Notes under the pieces: model-generated
Databases searched by the model: none
What the model was told of the DNA's origin: nothing
What the model saw: only the letters and a program-made list of their open reading frames with translations
From: Chloroflexota bacterium
GTDB lineage: Bacteria > Chloroflexota > Chloroflexia > QHBQ01
Assembly (NCBI GenBank): GCA_043754535.1
Contig: JAYUUN010000056.1
Span: forward strand, 1 to 42,351
Direction: 5' to 3'
DNA: 42,351 nucleotides
Made by a program: the position numbers and the translations under genes
Shown here: positions 33,811 to 42,351 of the stretch, piece after piece
Numbering within the stretch: the first letter of the stretch is position 1
Layout: each line of letters starts with the position of its first letter

Positions 33811-36423
33811 ATGCCCCGCCCAGCCCCTCTGCCCCTCTTTGCCGAACTCGAACCAGCCTTCGCTGGCCCACCCCTGTTGCTCGTGCGTGAGGCGGGCGGC
33901 AGTCGGGCGTTGGGTCGCGCCAGCGACTACGTAGCCGCCGCCGTCGCCCACGGCTGGCCTGCCATAGTTGCGGCTAATGTTGGCACACTGGCAGGCAGCC
34001 TCGACCTCTACGTGGCCGCCCGCGCCGCTGGCTTGCAAGCCGTGCTTGGCCTGGAGGTGCCGCTGCGGGTTGGTGAGGATGCGTATAGCGGCAGGAAGCG
34101 CGAGCCAATCGCCCCCACGCCCTTGCTGCTGCTGGCCCGCGATGCTGAGGGCTGGCGTAGCCTCTTGCGCCTGGCAGCGATGGCCGCCACCCCCGGCTGG
34201 GCTGCTGACCTCGAACTACTACGCCGCAACCCTGGCCTGAGCGTGGTTAGCCTCGGCCTCGCGCAGGCAGTGCTGGCTGGCAGAGACAAGCTGGCGGCTC
34301 TGGCCCGTACCCTGGCTGCCACCCAACAGGCAGTCGGTAGCACCCATCTCTACGCTGCCATCCCACACAGCCATACGGAGCAGGCCGGGGCGCGGGCGCA
34401 GAAGCAGGCGGCTGAATTGGGCATCGCCAGCGTCGCTCTGCAAGAGGCCCGCTACGCCAGCGAGGATGAGGCGGAGGCTTACGCTGCCCTCTGCACTCTC
34501 TACCAGCAGCCACCGCCCGAAGCCGCCTACCACATCGGCCCGCCAAGCGAGGCTGCCCGCGCCTTCGATGGACTGGACAGCTTGCGGGCGGTGGCTGAGT
34601 TGTTGCAGGCACACACAGCAGACCTCTGGCAGCCGCCCGCCCTACTTGGCACGCCACCACCCACTAGCCCGCGTACGCCAGGGACGGGGCCAGTGGAGGA
34701 GCAGGCGGTGGCGGTGGAAGCGGCGGGGTTGCTGCCCACCTATACCCTCGTGGCCGAGATCACAGCGGGGTTGCGGGAGCGAGGGTTGATCTGTCGGCTG
34801 GTACCGGGGCAGGGGGCCGACCTGTTCGCGGCCAGCATCGGCGCAACCAACCTGCCAGCGGCACTGCTGACCGCTGGTGGTAGGCTGAAGGCCAGCCTCT
34901 GCCTTGAGTATGCCAGCACCAGCGAAGCTAGCCTGCTGACTTATGTCGCTGAGCGGTGGCCGCAGGCGATCCTTGTACAAGCGACAGCCCGCACTACCCT
35001 GCGCCAGGCTTTGCGCGAGGCGGCGAAGGTACGCGGCAGTGAGGGTGAGCTAACTACTTTGTTGCAGTGGGCAGCCAGCAGTGAGCCAAAGGGAGGCGAC
35101 CTTAGCCCAGCTGCGGCGGCCACCCTTGCGCTGGCCGAGCGGTTGGGCGGGCGGCCACGCTGGGGCGAGGCGAGCAGCCGCAGCCTGCTGATCCCGGCGG
35201 CCAGCCCCCCGCTGCCACTGCCACTGCACGCCGAGTCGCCGCTTGCCAGCCTCACCATTGAGCGCGCTACTGCCGTTGCCCTCGGCGCAGTGCTGCTAGA
35301 CTTGCAACCCAATCCCCGGCTCGATCTCGTGCAGCAGGTAGCGACTGGCGAGATCGACCCCCAAGATGCAGCCACCTGGCGGCTGATTGCGGCTGGCGAA
35401 GCAGAGCGGTTGGATGGCTGGAACGCACCGCTAGCCCCCACCGCCGACTGGCCTACCCTGCTGGCTGCCCTCGCCAGCCCCGACGCGCCCGCCGATCACC
35501 CAGCAACGGCGGCTCTGGCCTGGGACAGCTATTGCCTGGCCTGGGGCAAGGCACACGACCTTGCCGCCTACTATGCCGCCGCTGGCCCCACCCTCGGTCT
35601 GCACCCGCTGGCGCAGCACCGCGAACAGTGGCAGGCAGCCTTCGCCGACGGACGCTTGGCGGGCGGCCCGCTGGCGGCGAGTGAACGGCCTATGCGCCTG
35701 TTTGGGGTGCTGCGCCAGCCGCGCCGCCTGCTCGCCAACGATGGTAGCACCTTGCTGACAGCCTGGTTGGACGACTGGCAGGGCAGTAGTCGGGTGTTCG
35801 GCTTTGGCCCGCTGGTCGAGCGGATCGTAGCCCTGAGCGAGGGCCAGCCCGCCCTACTGCTGGGCCGGGCAGTGGCGGGTAAGGATGGAGAGGTTAGCTT
35901 GCTGGTTGAAGATGCTGCCCCCTTCAGCGGTACAGTGCCGCCGCTGCCAGCCGTTGTGCAGACGGTCAGGCAAGCGAGGGTGGCCGCCCCGACTGGCGAC
36001 TTCTTTGCTGCCGTGCCAGAGCAGCACCCCCCAGAACCGCCTGCCCCCAGTACGCCCGCGGTCGGCAAGGTAACCACCCCGCCCAAAGCTACCGCTGCCA
36101 ACGACCGGGGCAGCAAGGAGAAAGCGAAGCTGGCCCCGCCCCCCCCACCACTCGTCACCCTGCGCCGCTTGCATCTGCGCCTGCCAGTCAGCGACGACCA
36201 GGCGGAGGACATTGGTGTAGCCCAACAGGTCGCAGACCTTGCCCGCCAGCACCCAGGCCGCGACCTCCTGCTCCTCTACATCCAGTGGAGCAGCCAGGAC
36301 GTGTGCATTGAACCTTACGGCTTCGGTGTTGCCGCCGACGAGTTTAGTGGGGCGGTGGCCGCCAGCCTGGGCCAGGGCATCATCTTCGCCGCCGACACGG
36401 TGGAGCGGCCCGCCCCCGCCTGA
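33811..36423 (+). CDS. Divergent DNA polymerase III alpha (DnaE)-like protein, predicted catalytically inactive
   Basis: Collinear DnaE-like blocks: PHP (AAAVAHGWPAIVAANVGTLAGSLDLYVAARAAGLQAVLGLEV; LLLLARDAEGWRSLLRL), thumb (TLRQALREAAKVRG; LAERLGGRPR), LGAVLLDL, IDPQDAATWRLIAAGE, SYCLAWGKAH, LGLHPL, OB fold and C-terminal LHLRLP...HPGRDLLLLYI domain. No PDxDxD motif. Confidence 0.75.
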   Translation: MPRPAPLPLFAELEPAFAGPPLLLVREAGGSRALGRASDYVAAAVAHGWPAIVAANVGTLAGSLDLYVAARAAGLQAVLGLEVPLRVGEDAYSGRKREPIAPTPLLLLARDAEGWRSLLRLAAMAATPGWAADLELLRRNPGLSVVSLGLAQAVLAGRDKLAALARTLAATQQAVGSTHLYAAIPHSHTEQAGARAQKQAAELGIASVALQEARYASEDEAEAYAALCTLYQQPPPEAAYHIGPPSEAARAFDGLDSLRAVAELLQAHTADLWQPPALLGTPPPTSPRTPGTGPVEEQAVAVEAAGLLPTYTLVAEITAGLRERGLICRLVPGQGADLFAASIGATNLPAALLTAGGRLKASLCLEYASTSEASLLTYVAERWPQAILVQATARTTLRQALREAAKVRGSEGELTTLLQWAASSEPKGGDLSPAAAATLALAERLGGRPRWGEASSRSLLIPAASPPLPLPLHAESPLASLTIERATAVALGAVLLDLQPNPRLDLVQQVATGEIDPQDAATWRLIAAGEAERLDGWNAPLAPTADWPTLLAALASPDAPADHPATAALAWDSYCLAWGKAHDLAAYYAAAGPTLGLHPLAQHREQWQAAFADGRLAGGPLAASERPMRLFGVLRQPRRLLANDGSTLLTAWLDDWQGSSRVFGFGPLVERIVALSEGQPALLLGRAVAGKDGEVSLLVEDAAPFSGTVPPLPAVVQTVRQARVAAPTGDFFAAVPEQHPPEPPAPSTPAVGKVTTPPKATAANDRGSKEKAKLAPPPPPLVTLRRLHLRLPVSDDQAEDIGVAQQVADLARQHPGRDLLLLYIQWSSQDVCIEPYGFGVAADEFSGAVAASLGQGIIFAADTVERPAPA

Positions 36424-36430
36424 GCAGAGG

Positions 36431-37615
36431 CTAGACCAGCTTCAGCACATCGGCCAGCACGCCTGCTGCCGTCACCGTCGCGCCTGCCCCTGGCCCCTGC
36501 ACGATCAGCGGGTTGTCGCGGTAGCGCATGGTGCGCCAGATAAATAGGCTGTCGGTGCCGCGCAGCCGACCAGCAGGCGAGTCCTTGTCCACCGCCTGCA
36601 AGCCCACCCGACTACCGCCAGGGGTGACAGCAGCGAGGTAGCGTAGTACCTTACCCTCCGCCACTGCTGCCTGTTGTCGCTGAGCAATCCGTGCATCCAC
36701 GTCGGCCAGCCCTGCCCAGAATTGTTCGAGGCTAGCTTCAGCCTTGCTGAGGCCGAGTGGCACCAGGCTCTCCACCGCCACGTCGCTGAGGTTGATGCGC
36801 TGCTCCATACGGCGGGCGAGGATCAAGGCCTTGCGGGCTGCGTCCAGGCCGCTAAGGTCGTCGCGGGGGTCTGGTTCAGTATAGCCACGGTCGGCGGCTT
36901 CGCGCAGAGCCGTACTGAAACTGAGGCCACGATCCAGGCCGGTGCAGAGATAGCCGAGCGTACCGCTGACGCTGGCTACGATGCTCTCAATCTGGTCGCC
37001 GCTCGCCAGCAAGTCCTCCAGGGTGCTGATCACTGGCAGGCCCGCCCCCACCGTCGCCTCGTGGCGCACCCGTCCCAGCTTTGACTTCACGCCAGGGCGG
37101 GTGTAGGGCTGCATCTCTGTCAGGTCGTTGATGTTGTCTACTGCCACCCCGGTGCTGGACATGGTGCGGCCCGGCAACTCTGGAGCGATCTCCATGTAGT
37201 CCTCGTAGGGGACGGCCAGGGGAGCCTTGTTCGCCAGCACGAGGTCGCAGCCATACTGGCGGCAACCAGCCAGCAGCGGGAAGGTCGCCTCGGTCGCAGC
37301 CAGGTCTATGACGATCACTGGCATATTGAGGCGGGCGACCAACTCTGGCAGCGCACTGAGGTCTGCCGTGTACAGCACACCACCGATGCCCCAAAGGTCG
37401 AGTGGGCGACCCGCGACCTTGTTGGCGAGTAGGGAGGTGAGCGCGTCGGGCGACCACCCTTGTAGCCGCAGGTACAACCCCTTGCTGTCGGCCAGCCCAA
37501 TATATTGCAGGTGATCCAGCCGCCCCGCTGCCTGCTGGCTGCTAATCTGGCGCACCAGTTCCTTCCCCACCTTGCCCAGCCCTAGCTGGATCAGGCCCAC
37601 CTTGTCTGCGATCAT
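36431..37615 (-). CDS. hom: Homoserine dehydrogenase (stand-alone, no ACT domain)
   Basis: GLGKVG, LANK, HEATVGAGLPVI, SGTLGY, TEPDPRDDLSGLDAARK and GPGAG motifs. Confidence 0.92.
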   Translation of the reverse strand: MIADKVGLIQLGLGKVGKELVRQISSQQAAGRLDHLQYIGLADSKGLYLRLQGWSPDALTSLLANKVAGRPLDLWGIGGVLYTADLSALPELVARLNMPVIVIDLAATEATFPLLAGCRQYGCDLVLANKAPLAVPYEDYMEIAPELPGRTMSSTGVAVDNINDLTEMQPYTRPGVKSKLGRVRHEATVGAGLPVISTLEDLLASGDQIESIVASVSGTLGYLCTGLDRGLSFSTALREAADRGYTEPDPRDDLSGLDAARKALILARRMEQRINLSDVAVESLVPLGLSKAEASLEQFWAGLADVDARIAQRQQAAVAEGKVLRYLAAVTPGGSRVGLQAVDKDSPAGRLRGTDSLFIWRTMRYRDNPLIVQGPGAGATVTAAGVLADVLKLV

Positions 37616-37673
37616 CTTTCACCTCCCCGGTTGTGTGGTCAGGGCTATTGTACACCAGTGGCGCACGGATAGG

Positions 37674-38846
37674 TTAGCCCGCAGCCAGGAAGGGCCGCAG
37701 GATCGCTGTCAACTGCTGATGCTCGATCAGGAAAGCGTCGTGGCCCCAGGGCGAGTCCAGTTCAACGTACTGCACCGCTTTGCCCGCGAGTTGCAGGGCA
37801 GCGGCCATCTCCTGCTGCAAGCGGGTGGGAAAGAGCAGGTCGCTGTTGATGCCAAGCACCAGCGTGCGGGCCGTCACCCGCGCCAACCCCGCTGCCAGGT
37901 CGCCGCGCCCCCGCGCTACATCGTGCAAGTCCATCGCCCGCGTAAGGACGAGGTAGCTGTTCGCATCGAAGCGGCGCACCAGTTGCGCCCCCTGGTAGTA
38001 GAGATAGTTTTCCACCTGGAAGCGGCTGGCGGGCTGGTAGTAGCTAGCGGGGTCAGCCTCTACCCGCTCGCGGCCAAACTTGCGCCGCATGGACTCGTCC
38101 GACTGGTAGCTGATCATCCCCACCATGCGGGCCAGGGCCAGCCCTTGCTCTGGGCTGCGACCTGTGCCGTAGTAGTCGCCGCCCTGCCAGTCAGGGTCGA
38201 TCTCGATAGCCCGCCGCCCGATCAGGCTGAAGGCGATCCCTTGTGGGCTGTGCGCGAAGCTAGCGGCAATTGGTACGGCAGCGGCTACGAAATCAGGGTA
38301 GCAGACTAGCCACTCGGCCACCTGCATCCCCCCCAACGAGCCGCCGATCACGCAAGCCAGTCGCTGCACCCCCAGGGCAACAAGCAAGCGGTATTCCAGC
38401 CGCACCATATCGCGCACGGTGACGGTGGGGAAGCGTGAACCGTAAGCGAGGCCGTTGGCGGCGGGACTGGTGGGGCCAGTTGTTCCCTGACAACCACCAA
38501 GGATGTTGGCACAGACCACAAAGTAGCGGTCAGTATCCAACGCCCGCCCCGGCCCGATCAGCGCGTCCCACCAGCCCGCTCTACTCTCGCCCGCATACAC
38601 CCCCGCCGCATGGCTGTCACCAGTCAGGGCGTGGCAGACGTACACACCATTGTCGCCCGCGGCGTTCAGCGTCCCCCACGTCTCGTAGGCCACCTGCACG
38701 GTGGGCAGGGTCACGCCGCTCTCAGTAATATAGGGTAGGGGGTCGAGCCAAATACGCTGCACGCTAATGCCAGCCGCTGCTTGGCCTGCCAGGGAAGCGA
38801 CCGAGGGATCATCGTCGAGGTTGATTGTAGCAATAGGTTCGTTCAT
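37674..38846 (-). CDS. metX: Homoserine O-acetyltransferase
   Basis: CHALTGDSH, WWDALIGPG, GGSLGGMQ (Ser nucleophile), SDLLF and GHDAFL motifs. Confidence 0.93.
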   Translation of the reverse strand: MNEPIATINLDDDPSVASLAGQAAAGISVQRIWLDPLPYITESGVTLPTVQVAYETWGTLNAAGDNGVYVCHALTGDSHAAGVYAGESRAGWWDALIGPGRALDTDRYFVVCANILGGCQGTTGPTSPAANGLAYGSRFPTVTVRDMVRLEYRLLVALGVQRLACVIGGSLGGMQVAEWLVCYPDFVAAAVPIAASFAHSPQGIAFSLIGRRAIEIDPDWQGGDYYGTGRSPEQGLALARMVGMISYQSDESMRRKFGRERVEADPASYYQPASRFQVENYLYYQGAQLVRRFDANSYLVLTRAMDLHDVARGRGDLAAGLARVTARTLVLGINSDLLFPTRLQQEMAAALQLAGKAVQYVELDSPWGHDAFLIEHQQLTAILRPFLAAG

Positions 38847-39620
38847 TTATTTGGGCGGTTGAGCGGTTGGGTTGACGATCAGGTAGGCGATCAGGGCGGC
38901 GACAACGACCAGGAAAAGGACACGCACGAAGCCGCTACCCTTCGCCATTGCCACCCGCGTGCCGAGGACGGAGCCGCCGATATTGCAGACTGCCATCGGC
39001 AGCGCGTAGGCGTACAGGATGGTGCCGCCGAACAGCAGGAAGGAGATGATCGCCGCCAGGTTGGTAGCGAAGTTGACTACTTTGGCCGAGGCTGAGGCGG
39101 TCAGGAAATCGAAGCCGAAGCCCGCGATAAAGACCAGGATCAGGAAGCTACCCGTCCCCGGCCCGAAGAAGCCGTCGTAGAAGCCGATGCCCGCCCCAGC
39201 AATCACCCCAACCGTGACTTGCCGCCGATGTGCCAGCTTCGGGGCGTGGAGCGCGCCAAAGTCCTTCTTGACGAAGGTGTAGATGGCGACGACGATCAGC
39301 AGGCCAATGATCAGCGGGCGCAGCACTTCCTTGTTGAGCAGGCTGACCGCCTGTGCGCCGAGGAACGATGCAGCAAAAGCTGCGCCCGCCGCTGGCAGCA
39401 GCGCAGTCCAGTCCAGCTTGATCCGTCGGGCGTAGCGGTAGGCCGCCACGCTGGTGCCAGCAATCGAGGCTAGCTTGTTGGTGCCAGAGAGGAAGGGGAA
39501 GGGGTAGCCAGGCAGGATCGCCAGCAGCGCAGGCAACTGGATCAGCCCGCCGCCGCCCACCGCCGAGTCTACGAAGCCCGCCAGGAACGCGAAGCCGCAC
39601 AACAGGATTGTTTCTAGCAA
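38847..39620 (-). CDS. TauE/SafE (TSUP) family membrane transporter, YfcA-like
   Basis: AGFVDSAVGGGGLIQLPAL, GTNK, GFYDGFFGPGTGSF and AKVVNFATN motifs. Confidence 0.9.
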   Translation of the reverse strand: MLETILLCGFAFLAGFVDSAVGGGGLIQLPALLAILPGYPFPFLSGTNKLASIAGTSVAAYRYARRIKLDWTALLPAAGAAFAASFLGAQAVSLLNKEVLRPLIIGLLIVVAIYTFVKKDFGALHAPKLAHRRQVTVGVIAGAGIGFYDGFFGPGTGSFLILVFIAGFGFDFLTASASAKVVNFATNLAAIISFLLFGGTILYAYALPMAVCNIGGSVLGTRVAMAKGSGFVRVLFLVVVAALIAYLIVNPTAQPPK

Positions 39621-39655
39621 GGTGATGTAGTCAACCTGAACCTGATTTTTGGATA

Positions 39656-39790
39656 GCTGGCTAAGAGGGAAAGCTGGTCGGACGCTGTACAGCCCTGCCC
39701 TGGTCTCCTTGTGGAGCGACCGTCCGAGCGGCGGCCAGCTTCCTCTCAGCCCAGCGGGTAGTAGGCGGCAGCACTGCTACGCTACCGCCT
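39656..39790 (-). other. Structured intergenic element between metY and tauE
   Basis: About 20-bp bulged outer stem (39656-39677 / 39735-39755), nested TCGGACG/CGTCCGA stem, inner hairpin and a second 10-bp hairpin at 39763-39790. The mismatches become G-U pairs on the minus (sense) strand. Confidence 0.45.
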
Positions 39791-39803
39791 GATTGGCTGC
39801 TGA

Positions 39804-41348
<1,545 letters not shown>

Positions 41349-41358
41349 ACCGTCCATC

Positions 41359-42351
41359 CTATCCCGATATGTAACCCTGAGCCTTCAACAACTCGGCGAT
41401 CAGGATCACGTTGCCAGCCGCCCCGCGCACCAGGTTGTGGCCCAGCAGCACGAACTTCCAGTCTAGCACGCTGCACTTGCGCAGTCGCCCAACCGACGTA
41501 CTCATCCCCCCGCCAGCATCGCGGTCGAGGCGCGGCTGCGGTCGATCTGGCTCGCTGCGGTAGATCACCGGCTGGGGTGGTGCGGTTGGTAGCTCCAGCC
41601 GCTCTAGCGGTCGCCAGTCCTGCCAGGCAGCGATGATTTCCTCGGCAGTGATCGGGTACTCCATCTCAACCGACACGCTCTCAAAGTGACCGTCAATTAC
41701 TGGCACGCGGGTAGTGGTTGCACTTATGCGCAGCGAACCCCGCTCATGCGCTGGCTCCCTACCAAGTATCTTGAGGGTTTCGGCCTCGATCTTCTCCTCC
41801 TCACCACCGATGTGCGGGATCACGTTGTCGGTGATGCTGAGGGCCGAAACACCGTCATAGCCAGCCCCGCTGATCGCCTGCATCGTCGTCACCAGCACAG
41901 CATTGAGGGCGAACTCGTTGCTGATCGGGGCAAGGACAAGCACTAGATGAGAGGTGGAGCAGTTCGGCGTGCAAGCGATCAACCCCGACCAGCCGCGCTT
42001 CTCCTGCTGCGTCTTGATCAGGCTAGTGTGCTGCCAGTTGATCTCTGGGAGCAGCAGTGGCACATCGGCGGCCATGCGGTAACTTTTGGCGTTGCTGACT
42101 ACTGCGTGACCGGCGCGGGCGAACTCTAGCTCCAGGCTCTCGGCTTCCTCGGCTTGCAACGCGCTGAGGATGATCGGGGTGTCGAAGTTGCGCGAGTCGC
42201 TTGCCACCACAGTCAGATCAAGTGCGTCGTCACCGATGCCCGTATCGTCGCGTAGCACGTCGCCGTAGCGTTTGCCGACCGTGCGCGACGAGCCGCTGAC
42301 TGCCCGCACCGCAAACCAGGGGTGGCCGCGCAGCAGACGCACGATGCGTGA
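41359..42351 (-). CDS. asd: Aspartate-semialdehyde dehydrogenase (archaeal/eukaryote-like type), 5' end outside the window
   Basis: HPWF, VVSNAKSYRM..DVPLLLPEIN, PNCST (catalytic Cys), TMQAISGAG, RVPVIDGH and HNLVRGAAG motifs. Confidence 0.93.
   Translation of the reverse strand, partial: SRIVRLLRGHPWFAVRAVSGSSRTVGKRYGDVLRDDTGIGDDALDLTVVASDSRNFDTPIILSALQAEEAESLELEFARAGHAVVSNAKSYRMAADVPLLLPEINWQHTSLIKTQQEKRGWSGLIACTPNCSTSHLVLVLAPISNEFALNAVLVTTMQAISGAGYDGVSALSITDNVIPHIGGEEEKIEAETLKILGREPAHERGSLRISATTTRVPVIDGHFESVSVEMEYPITAEEIIAAWQDWRPLERLELPTAPPQPVIYRSEPDRPQPRLDRDAGGGMSTSVGRLRKCSVLDWKFVLLGHNLVRGAAGNVILIAELLKAQGYISG

Noticed and set aside
33675..33860. LexA (SOS) box or imuAB context for the DnaE-like gene, i.e. 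an ordinary dnaE2
   Set aside because: No CGAAC-N4-GTTCG palindrome (CGAAC at about 33779 has no partner), no imuA/imuB neighbours, and DnaE2 proteins keep the catalytic aspartates.
39621..39803. SAM-I/SAM-IV riboswitch or SRP RNA
   Set aside because: No AUC..GAG / GCAACC core and no SRP domain IV motif found on either strand; only a GAGACCAGG fragment resembles SAM-IV.

Overview
High-GC chromosomal segment, most likely from a Chloroflexota (Chloroflexia-like) bacterium. That call rests on a C-terminal YPIS..QYFERA.FEYHPEN domain typical of that group, a Bacillus-type sdhCAB operon and near-consensus sigma70 promoters. Identifiable content: a TetR/MMPL efflux pair, a CmpX-like membrane protein, sdhCAB, a methyltransferase/cyclase cluster, an HxlR-YceI-EamA-PPOX-pirin redox module, phosphomannomutase, an M20 amidohydrolase, hppD, three ECF sigma/anti-sigma pairs (one anti-sigma has two frameshifts), a vWA protein, an alkaline-phosphatase-superfamily membrane enzyme, an MBL hydrolase and a methionine cluster (asd-metY-tauE-metX-hom). 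No tRNA, rRNA, CRISPR array or transposase was recognised. The strongest novelty candidates are: (1) an intact ~870-aa DnaE (Pol III alpha) homologue that keeps the domain order but appears to have lost the palm catalytic aspartates, the PHP metal ligands and large internal segments; (2) three tandem covarying mini-hairpins just upstream of metY, plus a multi-stem element between metY and tauE; (3) two paralogous ECF sigma factors with a shared upstream motif, whose anti-sigma partners share an N-terminal module but carry unrelated sensor domains. All assignments come from reading motifs by eye; no database searches were run.
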